Below are positions 19,494 through 29,467 of a stretch of DNA of 64,000 nucleotides, piece by piece. The notes below the pieces were generated by a model. It had not been told where the DNA came from, ran no database searches, and saw only the letters and a program-made list of their open reading frames with translations. The DNA is taken from assembly GCA_963741945.1 (NCBI GenBank), contig CAVUKA010000006.1, positions 64,001 to 128,000 of the forward strand, given 5' to 3'. This stretch comes from an uncultured Gemmatimonadales bacterium (GTDB lineage: Bacteria > Gemmatimonadota > Gemmatimonadetes > Longimicrobiales > RSA9). The position numbers and the translations under genes are program-made. Every line of letters begins with the position of its first letter. The stretch's first letter is position 1.

Positions 19494-21431
19494 ATGACGA
19501 CTGACAGCGACCGGACGCGCGTTGGTTCGCCACCGGCGGAGCCGCCGATCGCCGAGGGCATGGAGCAGAGCGGCGATTCGTTCCTGGCGGAAGCGAGCCG
19601 GCTGCTCGCCGACACACTGGACTACGACGCCACGCTCGCGACCGTGGCCCGGCTGGCGCTGCCCCACCTCGGCGCCTGGTGCATGGTGGACGTCGTGGAG
19701 GAGGACGGCGAGATCCGTCGCGTGGCAGTGGTCCACCCGGAAGCGGGCAGGCAGGCGCTCGCCCGTGAGCTGCAGGACTGCTGGCCGCCGCGCAGGGAGG
19801 ATCCCGTGGGTGTCCCCGTGGTGGCGCGGACACGGCGATCGGAGGTCATGCCCACCATGGGCGAGCGCATGCTTCGGGAGATGGCGCGCGACCGCCACAC
19901 GCTCTCCGTTCTCCGACACCTCGGCATCGGCTCGCTCATGACCGTCCCTCTGATCGCCCGCGGTGACGTGCTGGGCGCCATCACGTTCGTCGGCCCGGAG
20001 GACGGCCATCATTACACCGGCGACGACCTTGCGCTGGCCGAGGACCTGGCCGCCCGCGCCGCCATCGCCATCGACAACGCCCGCCTGTTCCGGGCCGCCG
20101 AGACCGCGCGCGAGGCGGCGGAAGCCGGCAGCCGGGCGAAGAGCCAGTTCCTGGGGGTGATGAGCCACGAGCTGAGGACGCCGATCAATGCCATTCTCGG
20201 CTACGCTCAGCTGCTGGACATGGGCGTGAAGGGTCCGCTGACGGATGAGCAGAGGGAGCTGCTGGGGCGAATGGAGGCGAGCAGTAAGCATCTGCTCGAG
20301 CTGGTGACCCGGATCCTCGACGTCGCCCGCGCGGAGACGGGGGAGCTCACGGTGCAGAACCATGTGGCCGTGGCGCGGGAAGTCATCCAATCGGCGCTGG
20401 AGGAGGTCAGGCCGAGGCTGTCCGGGGACTTGCAGATCGAGGGCGGTCAGGATACGGACGCCGCTATCCGGTTCCTCGGCGACCCGATCCGCGCCCGACA
20501 GATCCTGGTGCACCTGCTCGAGAACGCGGTCCGCTTCACCCGCGCCGGCGGCCGGATCGCGCTTTCCTGCACTCAGGTCGATGGTGCCGGAGCGCCCGAC
20601 CGGCTGCGCGGCACGGGGCCCTGGATCCGGATGGACGTCGAGGATACCGGCGTGGGCATCCCTGGAGGCAAGCTGGAGGAGGTTTTCGAGCCCTTCGTAC
20701 AGGGGCACAGCAACAGCTTCACCCGTGAGACGGACGGGTCGGGGCTCGGGCTGGCGATCAGTCGCTACCTGGCTCGCCTCATGGGCGGTGATCTCACGGT
20801 GGACAGCACGGAAGGCGTGGGCTCCCGTTTCTCCCTCTGGCTGCCCGCACCCCGGCCCCTGGGGGAGATGCGCAGGGATCGCCGCCTCTTCGAGCGCGAG
20901 GCCGATGGGCTCCCGTTCCTGGCCCGTCACCTGCTCCGGCGGCTCGCGCCGATCATGGACACGTACGTGGACAGGCTGCGGCGGGACGGCGCGATTCCCC
21001 GGGCCCGCGAGGCCAGTGAAGTCGCGCTTCGCAACCACGTGCCCCATTTTCTGTCCGGCATCGCCAGCCTGCTCTCCCACGCCGGTCACCGGGGCGACGA
21101 GGTCACGGACGTGCTGCGGGGCGGCAACACGATCCAGCGGCTCACGCTCGAGCTGCACGGCGGTCAGCGGCGCCGCATGGGCTGGAGTGAGCATGCCGTG
21201 AAGCGGGACATCCAGCTCCTGCGCGAGACGGTGGAGACGGACATTCGCCGCAGCGCGCCGGAGGAGCATGACCTGAAGGAAGCGTTCGAAGTGCTGGAGC
21301 GCCTGTTCGACCAGGCGAAGCGGATCAGCCTCCAGGGCTGGCGCTACACGGACATGGAGGAAGGCGACCACGACCACCGAGCGAAGTCCCCGCGAGACGA
21401 CCTCGCCTGGCTCCAGAGCTCCCCTGGCTGA
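19494..21431 (+). CDS. GAF-domain sensor histidine kinase with extra C-terminal helical (RsbRD_N-like) domain
   Basis: GAF (FLAEASRLL...RAAIAIDNARL), H-box MSHELRTP, LLENAVRFT, DTGVGI, GSGLGL, followed by about 180 additional residues. Confidence 0.9.
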   Translation: MTTDSDRTRVGSPPAEPPIAEGMEQSGDSFLAEASRLLADTLDYDATLATVARLALPHLGAWCMVDVVEEDGEIRRVAVVHPEAGRQALARELQDCWPPRREDPVGVPVVARTRRSEVMPTMGERMLREMARDRHTLSVLRHLGIGSLMTVPLIARGDVLGAITFVGPEDGHHYTGDDLALAEDLAARAAIAIDNARLFRAAETAREAAEAGSRAKSQFLGVMSHELRTPINAILGYAQLLDMGVKGPLTDEQRELLGRMEASSKHLLELVTRILDVARAETGELTVQNHVAVAREVIQSALEEVRPRLSGDLQIEGGQDTDAAIRFLGDPIRARQILVHLLENAVRFTRAGGRIALSCTQVDGAGAPDRLRGTGPWIRMDVEDTGVGIPGGKLEEVFEPFVQGHSNSFTRETDGSGLGLAISRYLARLMGGDLTVDSTEGVGSRFSLWLPAPRPLGEMRRDRRLFEREADGLPFLARHLLRRLAPIMDTYVDRLRRDGAIPRAREASEVALRNHVPHFLSGIASLLSHAGHRGDEVTDVLRGGNTIQRLTLELHGGQRRRMGWSEHAVKRDIQLLRETVETDIRRSAPEEHDLKEAFEVLERLFDQAKRISLQGWRYTDMEEGDHDHRAKSPRDDLAWLQSSPG

Positions 21432-21480
21432 ACACTCCCCTGCCGGACCGGGCGCCGCCGAGACCCTCGCTGCCCGGATC

Positions 21481-22629
21481 ATGGACACGTTCGCCGTCGA
21501 TACGGGCCTCCGCTCCGACGGGCCGCAGCGGCGGTACCTTTGGACGGATGCCTTCGCCGTCGGCAATTGTCTGGCCCTGCACGTCCGCGAGCCCGGCCGC
21601 GGCTGGCTCGGACTCGCCGCCGATCTGGTGGCTTCCGTACACCACGTCCTGGGCCGCCACCGCGGCGATGACGTCCGCTCCGGATGGATCAGCGGCCTCC
21701 CGGAGGAGGCGGGCGCGCGCCACCCGACCGCCGGCGGTCTGCGCATCGGCAAGCCTCTGCCGGAGCGCCGCCCCGGTGAGCCGCTCCACCCCGGGCTGGA
21801 GTGGGACAGGGATGGGCAGTACTACCACTACCTGACCCGCTGGATGAGAGCGCTCCACCGGTTCTCCGCGGAAACGGGGGACCTGGAGCCTGCGCGCTGG
21901 GCCGAGGAGCTGGCCGTGGCCGCCTACCACGGCTTTGCCGACCACACCGCCGGCGCGGCGGGCCTGGCCTGGAAGATGAGCGTGGACCTGTCCCGACCGC
22001 AGGTGCCCTCCACCGGGCACCTGGACCCGCTGGACGGCCTCGTCACCGCGGCGCTGCTCCGGCAGGGTGCCGATCCGGACCGCCTTCCCCGCCCCGCCGG
22101 CGAGGACCGTGCGGTTCCCGGGACGCTGGCCGGCGTCCTCGACGGGCTGGCCACGCTCTGCGATGGGCGCAGCTGGGCCACCGACGACCCCCTGGGCGTG
22201 GGTGGACTGCTGGAGGAGGTGGCGCTCCTGGCCACGTTCGTGCGCCGCGGCTCCAGCCGTCGGGAAGGCCTGCTCTCCCGCGCCCTCGATGACGCGGACA
22301 TCAGTTTCGACGCCCTCGACGCCGACCGGCTGCTGGCGCTCCCGGCGGAGCGTCGCCTGGCATTCCGCGAGCTGGGGCTCTCCATCGGCCTCGCTGCGGT
22401 GGTTCGCCTGGACGACGCCCTCACCGACCAGGACGACGCCGTGGCCGACTGGCTCCGTCCCCACATCCGGCGGCTCGCCGCCCGCGCACCGCTCGGGGAG
22501 CGGATCACGACGTTCTGGAGCGAGCAGGACCATCGCGCGGTCCCGGCCTGGACCGAACACGGGGACATCAACGCCGTCATGCTCGCCACCGCCCTGGTTC
22601 CCGACGGCTGGCTCGGCGACATCCCCTGA
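21481..22629 (+). CDS. Conserved hypothetical protein
   Basis: 382-aa ORF with coding-like codon usage and motif blocks RYLWTDAF, DGQYYHYL, RLAFRELGL, HGDINAVMLA. Confidence 0.7.
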   Translation: MDTFAVDTGLRSDGPQRRYLWTDAFAVGNCLALHVREPGRGWLGLAADLVASVHHVLGRHRGDDVRSGWISGLPEEAGARHPTAGGLRIGKPLPERRPGEPLHPGLEWDRDGQYYHYLTRWMRALHRFSAETGDLEPARWAEELAVAAYHGFADHTAGAAGLAWKMSVDLSRPQVPSTGHLDPLDGLVTAALLRQGADPDRLPRPAGEDRAVPGTLAGVLDGLATLCDGRSWATDDPLGVGGLLEEVALLATFVRRGSSRREGLLSRALDDADISFDALDADRLLALPAERRLAFRELGLSIGLAAVVRLDDALTDQDDAVADWLRPHIRRLAARAPLGERITTFWSEQDHRAVPAWTEHGDINAVMLATALVPDGWLGDIP

Positions 22630-22680
22630 CGCCCGCGCCGCCCGGGGGTCGCCGATCGCCCGACGACCGAAGCGCCGGCC

Positions 22681-25600
22681 TCAGTCGCCCGTGATCCGGA
22701 TGAACCGGTAGTCCGGCACGTACCCCGCCTTCACCAGCACCGGCTTGAGCGACGATCGGAACGCCGGCTGACCGTCCACTTCCTCCAGCGAGATGACCCC
22801 CCGCGGGTGACGCCGCGCCACCTGTCGCAGCGCGGGAACGGCCCGGGCCACCGCCTCCTTGGACGCGGTCGCGAACGTGCGCAATCGACGACCCTTCCGG
22901 TCCAGGAAGAGCACGGGCGCTCCACCCGCGAGCACGACGACCGCCCCCGTGGAGCGGGTGGGCGGACGGCCGCGGGAGTCGGTGGGCTCCGGCCACGGGA
23001 GCAGCCACCCGTACGGGTTCGACGGGTCGGACGCCGCGAGAACCACCACGGCCTCGTCGCCTTCCTCGTCCCGTATTCCGCGCAGCCGGTCCACGAGCCC
23101 CGGATACGCGAACTGCGCGCCTCCCAGCCCTTCCACGAAGTAGCCCCGCCTCACCTTCCCTGCGTCTTCCATGGACCGGAGGACCCGGTACACGGATGAG
23201 AAGCCGCCGCCCAGCGCTTCCACGGCCGCGGTCTCCCGCGCCACCAGGCCATGGCGATCGAGGAGCGTGGACGCCCACGCCGCGGCCCGCGCGGTGGTGC
23301 TCACCGGCGCTCGCACGAGGTCGCGTACCAGCGACCACCGCCCGCCCGGCCCCGGCGTCCCGACGCCTCCCGCGTGGAGCGGCAAGGCCGCCATCCACGC
23401 CGGTCGGCGCCGGGCCCGCGGCCGTCCGTGCGCCCGGCCGCCGCGCGCGGGCCGGCTTCGCCCGGCCTTCGACCCCGCGGCCGCGCTCAGGTGTCGCAGC
23501 GCGGCAAACGTGTCGTTGGTCACCAGCCCGGCCCAGACCAGGTCCCACGTCGCCTCCAGGATCCGGGCCTCCCCGTCGTCCGCTGGCCCGCCATCCCCCG
23601 CCCCTGCCTCCGTGACCGCCGCCACGAGCTCGCCGTGGAAGCTCGCGCCGCGCCGGTCCAGGTGCTCCAGGATCGCGCGGTGCCGGCCATTGAACCCGTC
23701 CACGCGCTCGGCCGCATCCTCATCCGAGGGTGGCGCGAGGAGGCGGTCCACGCGGTCGCGCCGGTAGAGCACGATCCGCCCATCGTCGCCGCGCACGGGC
23801 GAATGGCCGACCCACACCAGCCATCCCATGGCCCCCAGCTCGTCCAGCTGCGACGGGCGGAACCCGCGCACGCGGGACGGGAGGATCATCCGCACCAGAT
23901 CGCGGTAGCTCAGCGGGATCCCCTCCAGCTGTGCCACCGCCTCCTCGAGGCGCTCGTGCGGGTCCCCGGCAGCCCGGTGCCACGCGGGCAGGAACCGCCC
24001 CAGCACCGCTGCCGGTACGGGAGCCACTTCCCCCCGCAGCCGGGCGATCGTCCGCCGCTTCAACTGCCGGAGGACGTCGGGGTGCACCCACTCCTCGCCG
24101 GCGACGCCGGGCGTGAACTCGCCACGCAGGAGCCGCTCCTCCGCCGTCACCGCCTCCAGGAGCACCCGGACCTGCGCTGGCACCAGACCCCAGCGAACGG
24201 CGACCTCCGGGGGCGTGAACGGCCCGTGCGTCCTCGCCCACCGGAGCAGCAGCGCTTCCACCGGCCGCTCCACCGGCTCGAGGAACACCGCCGCCACGCC
24301 GGGCGGTGGCGCCGTGCCCAGCGCGTCCCGATAGAGCCCGGCGTCCTCCACGGCGATCCACGTGTCCCGGCCGCCCACCCGCACCCGCACCGCGCGCCGC
24401 GCCCTCTCCAGCTCGTCGAGCCACGGCGCCGGATCCTCCGCCGCGCGCTCCCGCAGCTCGTCGTCCGCCAGGTCACCCAGCTCCCGGAGCACGTCGTGGA
24501 GGGCATCGGCGTGCCGGGCCCGGCGGCTCTCCATGCGCCGCTGGAGCTGCGCTTCCACCTCCGCGATCACGTCCGCGTCCAGCAGCTCACGGAGGTCCGC
24601 TTCGCCGAGCAGCTCACGGAGCAGCTTCACGTCCACGCTCAGCGCCTGCGCCCGCCGCTCCGCCGCCGGGCTGTCCCCTTCGTACAGGTACGCGGCCACG
24701 TACGCATAGACGAGCGAACGCGCGAACGGCGATGCGCTCCACGTCTCCGCCTCGTGCACCCGAACTTCCCGCCGGTCCACGGACCGGAGCACTTCCCGCA
24801 GCGCCGGGACATCGAACACGTCCTGGAGGCAGGAGCGGAACGTCTCCATGACGATGGGGAAGCTCGGATACTGCATGGCCACGGACATGAGCTTCTGCGC
24901 CCGCAGCCGCTGCGCGAACAGCGGCGTCCTCTGCCCCGGCCTGCGCCGCGGCAGGAGCAGCGCGCGCGCCGCGTTCTCCCGGAACTGGCTGGCGAAAAGC
25001 GGCGAGCGGGCCAGCTCCTCCAGCAGCCGCTCCTCCAGCTCCTCCTCGTCGGGGATCAGGAGGTCCGCGCCGGGCAGCTCGTCGCCATCGGCGATGGTGA
25101 GGACGATGCCGTCGTCGTTCCACACCGCCTGCACGTCGTAGCCCACGCGCTCGCTCACGATGCCGCGGATGGCCAGCGCCCACGGCGCGTGCACCCGCGC
25201 GCCGAACGGCGTCATGATGCAGACGCGCCAGTCACCGAGCTCGTCCCGGAACCGCTCCACCGTGATGTCCCGGTCCGTGGGGAGCGTCCCCGTCGCTTCC
25301 CGCTGCTCGGCCAGGTAGTCCACCAGGTTCCGCGCCGCCCGGGGATCCAGGTCGTGCTCGCCGGTGAGCCGGGCGACGGCGTCGTCCTCGTCCATCGTCG
25401 CCAGCTCCCGGGTGAACGCCCCCAGCGCGCGCCCCAGCTCCAGCGGACGACCCGGGCCCTCACCCTTCCAGAACGGCAGCCGCCCGGGCTCCCCCGGCGC
25501 CGGCGCCACCAGCACCCGGTCGCGCGTGATCTCCTGGATCCGCCACGTGCTGGCGCCCAGCGTGAACGTCTGCCCCGGACGGGACTCGTGCACCATCTCC

Positions 25601-27267
25601 TCGTCCAGCTCCCCCACGCGTGGACCACCCTCGCCCAGGAATACGCCGAACAGCCCCCGGTCCGGGATCGTGCCCGCGTTCACCGCCGCCAGCATGCGCG
25701 ATCCGCGCCGCCCCTCGATCACGTCCCGCTCACGGTCCCAGTGGATCCGGGGACGGAGCTCCGAGAACTCGTGCGAAGGGTAGAGCCCGGACAGCATGTC
25801 CAGCACGCCCGTGAGCGCCGCGTCCGGCAGCTCCCGGAAGCTGGCGGAGCGGCGCACCACGGCAGCCAGCTCGGCCACCGGCCACGGCCGCGTCGACGCC
25901 ATGGCCACCACCTGCTGCGCCAGCACGTCCAACGGGTTGCGCGGGACCCGCAGCGCTTCGATCGCCCCCTCCCGCATGCGCCGGGCGACGATCGTCGCTT
26001 CCAGCAGATCCCCGCGGTGCTTCGGGAACACGCGCCCCTTGCTCGGCTCGCCCACGTGGTGGCCCGCGCGACCCACCCGCTGGAGCCCGCTCCCGACGCT
26101 GCCGGGGCTCTCCACCAGGATCACCAGGTCCACGGCCCCCATGTCGATCCCCAGCTCCAGCGAGCTCGTGGCCACGATCGCCGGCAGGCGCCCCGCCTTC
26201 AACGCTTCCTCGATCTCATGCCGCTGCTCGTGGGCCAGGCTCCCGTGGTGCGCCCGCACCAGCTCCTCCCCCGCCAGCTCGTTCAGCCGCTGCGCCAGGC
26301 GCTCGCACAGGCCGCGGCTGTTCACGAACACGAGCGTCGTCCGGTGCGCCCGGATCAGCTTCAGGATCTCCGGATAGACGGCCGGCCAGATCCCGTGCCG
26401 GGGCGCCGGCTCCTCCTCGTCCAGCTCGAGCACCCCGCCGCCCGCTTCACCGTCACCCACGGCCCCGGCGCGGCCACCCTCCACCACCGGCCGCGTCATG
26501 TCCTCCACGGGGACCACCACCTCCAGCTCCAGCGCAGGCGGCACGTGCGTGTCCACGATGCTCACCGGCCTGTCCCCGCCCAGGAAGCGCGCCACCTCCT
26601 CGGCGGGACGCGCCGTGGCCGACAGCCCGATCCGCTGCGGGTCCGTGTCCGCCGCCGCCGCCAGCCGCTCCAGGGAAAGCGCCAGGTGAGCGCCGCGCTT
26701 CGTGGCCGCCATGGCGTGGATCTCGTCCACGATCACCCACCGCACCGTCCGGAACGTCTCCCGCGCCTGCGAGCCGAGCAGCAGGTACAGCGATTCCGGC
26801 GTGGTCACCAGGATCTCCCCCGGATCCCGCTTCTGCCGGCGACGGTCCGCCTGCGACGTGTCGCCCGTCCGCACGTCCACCCGGGGCGCGCGGAACGGCT
26901 CGCCCAGCTGCGCCGCCGCCCGCTCCATCCCCGCCAGCGGCGTGCGCAGGTTCCGCTCGATGTCGTACACCAGCGCCTTCAACGGCGAGACGTAGACGAC
27001 GCGCACCCCCGGCCCACCCCCCGCCCCCTCGCCGCCGGGGTCGCCACCGCTCCCGTCCCCATCCGTCCCGGCAGCCCCCGCATCCGCTCGCCCGAGCTGG
27101 TCCAGCGCGTACAGGAACGCGGCCAGCGTCTTCCCGCTGCCGGTGGGCGCGATCAGCAGCGTGTGCGCCCCCGTCCGGATCCGCTCCCACCCCTCCACCT
27201 GCACGGGCGTGGGCCCGGCGAACGCGGTGTCGAACCAGCGGCGGGTGGCTTCCGTGAAGTAGTCCAA
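22681..27267 (-). CDS. lhr: Lhr-family ATP-dependent DEAD/DEAH-box helicase (long form)
   Basis: APTGSGKT, TTPESL, DEIH, GLSAT, ATSSLELGIDMG, QRVGRAGH, long C-terminal region with RRGYFVEGLGGAQFA. TTG 27267 is the assumed start; the ORF extends to 27396. Confidence 0.93.
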   Translation of the reverse strand: MDYFTEATRRWFDTAFAGPTPVQVEGWERIRTGAHTLLIAPTGSGKTLAAFLYALDQLGRADAGAAGTDGDGSGGDPGGEGAGGGPGVRVVYVSPLKALVYDIERNLRTPLAGMERAAAQLGEPFRAPRVDVRTGDTSQADRRRQKRDPGEILVTTPESLYLLLGSQARETFRTVRWVIVDEIHAMAATKRGAHLALSLERLAAAADTDPQRIGLSATARPAEEVARFLGGDRPVSIVDTHVPPALELEVVVPVEDMTRPVVEGGRAGAVGDGEAGGGVLELDEEEPAPRHGIWPAVYPEILKLIRAHRTTLVFVNSRGLCERLAQRLNELAGEELVRAHHGSLAHEQRHEIEEALKAGRLPAIVATSSLELGIDMGAVDLVILVESPGSVGSGLQRVGRAGHHVGEPSKGRVFPKHRGDLLEATIVARRMREGAIEALRVPRNPLDVLAQQVVAMASTRPWPVAELAAVVRRSASFRELPDAALTGVLDMLSGLYPSHEFSELRPRIHWDRERDVIEGRRGSRMLAAVNAGTIPDRGLFGVFLGEGGPRVGELDEEMVHESRPGQTFTLGASTWRIQEITRDRVLVAPAPGEPGRLPFWKGEGPGRPLELGRALGAFTRELATMDEDDAVARLTGEHDLDPRAARNLVDYLAEQREATGTLPTDRDITVERFRDELGDWRVCIMTPFGARVHAPWALAIRGIVSERVGYDVQAVWNDDGIVLTIADGDELPGADLLIPDEEELEERLLEELARSPLFASQFRENAARALLLPRRRPGQRTPLFAQRLRAQKLMSVAMQYPSFPIVMETFRSCLQDVFDVPALREVLRSVDRREVRVHEAETWSASPFARSLVYAYVAAYLYEGDSPAAERRAQALSVDVKLLRELLGEADLRELLDADVIAEVEAQLQRRMESRRARHADALHDVLRELGDLADDELRERAAEDPAPWLDELERARRAVRVRVGGRDTWIAVEDAGLYRDALGTAPPPGVAAVFLEPVERPVEALLLRWARTHGPFTPPEVAVRWGLVPAQVRVLLEAVTAEERLLRGEFTPGVAGEEWVHPDVLRQLKRRTIARLRGEVAPVPAAVLGRFLPAWHRAAGDPHERLEEAVAQLEGIPLSYRDLVRMILPSRVRGFRPSQLDELGAMGWLVWVGHSPVRGDDGRIVLYRRDRVDRLLAPPSDEDAAERVDGFNGRHRAILEHLDRRGASFHGELVAAVTEAGAGDGGPADDGEARILEATWDLVWAGLVTNDTFAALRHLSAAAGSKAGRSRPARGGRAHGRPRARRRPAWMAALPLHAGGVGTPGPGGRWSLVRDLVRAPVSTTARAAAWASTLLDRHGLVARETAAVEALGGGFSSVYRVLRSMEDAGKVRRGYFVEGLGGAQFAYPGLVDRLRGIRDEEGDEAVVVLAASDPSNPYGWLLPWPEPTDSRGRPPTRSTGAVVVLAGGAPVLFLDRKGRRLRTFATASKEAVARAVPALRQVARRHPRGVISLEEVDGQPAFRSSLKPVLVKAGYVPDYRFIRITGD

Positions 27268-27394
27268 GGTGCTCCGGTCGGCTTCGTCCCTTGCGCGCGC
27301 GTGCGAACCTCCTACACCACCCCACACACCCGGGTCCGCGCCCGTCCGCCGCCCGCCATTGAGCATCCCGCTCCTTCCCGCTATCCTCCGCCCC

Positions 27395-28135
27395 ATGCTT
27401 CGTGACTCGCTCGTACGCCAGGGGAACTGGCTCTTCCGGTGGCGCAGCTACCTTCCGGTGCCGCTCCTGGTCGGCCTCATCATCTGGGTCGCCTTCGCCC
27501 CCGACACCCTCGCCGCGGCCATGGGCGCCACCGCGTGGCAGGCACTCTGCCTCGCCGTCGGGGCCGCCGGCCTCGCCATCCGCGTCTGGGTGGCCGGCCA
27601 GGTCCCCAAGGGGACCTCCGGACGCAACACGAAAGTGGGACAGGTGGCCGATACCCTGAACAGCACCGGCCCCTATTCCCTCCTCCGACACCCGCTCTAC
27701 GTCGGCAACTTCCTCATGTGGATGGCCGTGGCGCTCTTCACTCGGACGCCCTGGGCCATCCTCCTCGCCGCCGCCTTCTTCTGGTTCGTCTACGAACGCA
27801 TCATGCTCGCCGAAGAAGACTTCCTGCGCGGGAAGTTCGGCGACCGCGTCCAGGCATGGGCCGACCGGACTCCCGCCGTGATCCCCGCCTTTCCCCACTG
27901 GCGCCCCGCCGACCTGCCATTCTCCTGGAAGACCGCGCTCCGCCGCGAGTACTCCGGCATGTTCGGCCTCGTGGCCGCCCTCGCCGTCATGGAGGTGGTC
28001 CGCGAGCTCAACATCGCCGGCACGGTCTGGCTCACCCCACTCTGGCGCGTGGTCCTCCCCACCGCCGCGTTCCTCTACATCCTCCTCCGCACCCTCAAGC
28101 GCCGCACACGCCTCCTCAGCGTCGAGGGCCGCTGA
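27395..28135 (+). CDS. ICMT/PEMT-family membrane methyltransferase resembling lipid A phosphate methyltransferase LmtA
   Basis: GNWLFRWRSY, TSGRNT, GPYSLLRHPLYVGN, YERIMLAEE..L..KFG, FSWK..LRREY. Confidence 0.8.
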   Translation: MLRDSLVRQGNWLFRWRSYLPVPLLVGLIIWVAFAPDTLAAAMGATAWQALCLAVGAAGLAIRVWVAGQVPKGTSGRNTKVGQVADTLNSTGPYSLLRHPLYVGNFLMWMAVALFTRTPWAILLAAAFFWFVYERIMLAEEDFLRGKFGDRVQAWADRTPAVIPAFPHWRPADLPFSWKTALRREYSGMFGLVAALAVMEVVRELNIAGTVWLTPLWRVVLPTAAFLYILLRTLKRRTRLLSVEGR

Positions 28136-28178
28136 CCCGCCTTACCCCCGACGGCTGAACCCTCCATCCCCCATCCAC

Positions 28179-28208
28179 CGCCCACACTTGCGCCCACACT
28201 TGCGCCCA
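28179..28208 (+). repeat. 12-bp tandem duplication (CGCCCACACTTG x2 plus CGCCCA)
   Basis: Read directly at 28179-28190 and 28191-28202. Confidence 0.85.
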
Positions 28209-28228
28209 TATATAGAATGTCGATATAT
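28208..28228. promoter_or_regulatory. AT-rich inverted repeat ATATATAGA-atg-TCGATATAT, probable PadR operator in the promoter region
   Basis: 9-bp arms with 1 mismatch, about 30 bp upstream of the PadR ATG, in otherwise GC-rich DNA. Confidence 0.65.
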
Positions 28229-28257
28229 ATAGATAACACCACGCCCACCCCCTCGCC

Positions 28258-28626
28258 ATGACCGATACCTACGACAGCCAGTCCCTGGGACGCCGCATCA
28301 ACGAGCTGCTCATCCTGGACGCGCTCTGCGGCGGGAGCCGTCACGGCTATCAGATCGCCCTCGAGATCGAGGAGCGGAGCGGCGGCTATTTCCCCTTCAA
28401 GCACGGAACGCTCTACCCGATCCTGCACCGGCTCGAGCAGGAGGGCTGGATCGCCGGCCGGTGGTCGGATCCGGCGGAAGGAAGGGCGCGGAAGGAGTAC
28501 GCGCTCACGGAGGCGGGGGCCGCGGCGCTGGCGGAGCTCCGCGAGGAGTGGCGCACGTTGAAGACTCGACTGGATCACATGCTGGCGGGAGGGAGCGATG
28601 GACAGGTTCGCACCGGCGCTGCGTAG
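28258..28626 (+). CDS. PadR family transcriptional regulator
   Basis: HGYQI...GTLYPILHRLEQEGWI...RKEYALTEAG. Confidence 0.95.
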   Translation: MTDTYDSQSLGRRINELLILDALCGGSRHGYQIALEIEERSGGYFPFKHGTLYPILHRLEQEGWIAGRWSDPAEGRARKEYALTEAGAAALAELREEWRTLKTRLDHMLAGGSDGQVRTGAA

Positions 28627-29467
28627 GGTCGCGCGGGATCTGGATCTCCCCCGGAGTGCCCGGTCGGCGATCCTGGGGGAGATGGCGGCCGACCTGGAGG
28701 CGGTGTACGCGCACCATCGGGCGCGTGGGGCGGACGAGGCGGAAGCCATGCGACGCGCCGAGGAGACGATCCTGGGCGGAGCCGAGGTCATGCAGCGGCT
28801 GGGTCGGCTGCACCGGGGGACGTGGCGGGCGTGGTCGGCGAACCTGGGGGCGCGCCTCAGCGGAGGCGGAGACCTCGTGGTGCTGGCCACGGGCGTGGTC
28901 CCGGTGCTCGCGCTGGCCGGCGTCGCCGCGGCGAAGTCGCTTCCCACTTCCGGTCCGCTGGCGTGGGCGGTGGGTGCGCTGGGCGCCGCGCTCGTGGCGC
29001 TGATCGTGGCGGAGGCGGCGCGCCTCGCCAGCGGCGCGCCGGCGCGGATGGGGCGGCTCTCGGCGCTGCTCGTGCTTTCGGCGCTCGCTCCCACGATCGG
29101 CGCACTGGCGCTCACGCTCGGGCTGTTCTCCGCCGCGCGGGCCATGGCGCAGGGCGCCGGTGGCCCGCCGGTCCGGCTGGTCCTGGCCGCGCACGTGGCC
29201 GGCGACGGCGCCACGCTGCTGCTCGGGCTGCTCTTCGGCATCGCCGGGATGCTTGCCTGGTTCATCCTTCTGAGCCGTTCGGCGGCGCAGACCGCCCGCG
29301 ACGTGGACACGCTCCTGGAGGAAGCGGCGGGCGGCGTTCCGAGCGCCGCCGGGAAGGGCGCGGAGGCGGCAACCGCTCACGAAGGCCGCGGGCCCGGGGA
29401 GGGGGGAACCGGGCGGCCCGGCCGTACAAACGACATCGTTCCCCTCAGGAGAGGGAGGTCGACATGA
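28598..29467 (+). CDS. Membrane protein with HAAS-like N-terminal helical domain and ExbB/MotA-like TM region
   Basis: ILGEMAADLE...GADEAEAMRRA N-terminus typical of PadR-linked proteins; four TM segments including LAPTIGALALTLGL. Confidence 0.6.
   Translation: MDRFAPALRRVARDLDLPRSARSAILGEMAADLEAVYAHHRARGADEAEAMRRAEETILGGAEVMQRLGRLHRGTWRAWSANLGARLSGGGDLVVLATGVVPVLALAGVAAAKSLPTSGPLAWAVGALGAALVALIVAEAARLASGAPARMGRLSALLVLSALAPTIGALALTLGLFSAARAMAQGAGGPPVRLVLAAHVAGDGATLLLGLLFGIAGMLAWFILLSRSAAQTARDVDTLLEEAAGGVPSAAGKGAEAATAHEGRGPGEGGTGRPGRTNDIVPLRRGRST

Noticed and set aside
19350-21752. 800-aa minus-strand ORF
   Set aside because: Shadow of the histidine kinase.
22681-27267. Lhr helicase as part of an anti-phage defence island
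   Set aside because: Typical stand-alone long Lhr repair helicase; no neighbouring nuclease, DNA methylase or other defence genes.
23251-27405. 1384-aa plus-strand ORF
   Set aside because: Antisense shadow of lhr; Arg/Pro/His-rich with no motifs, as expected in high-GC DNA.
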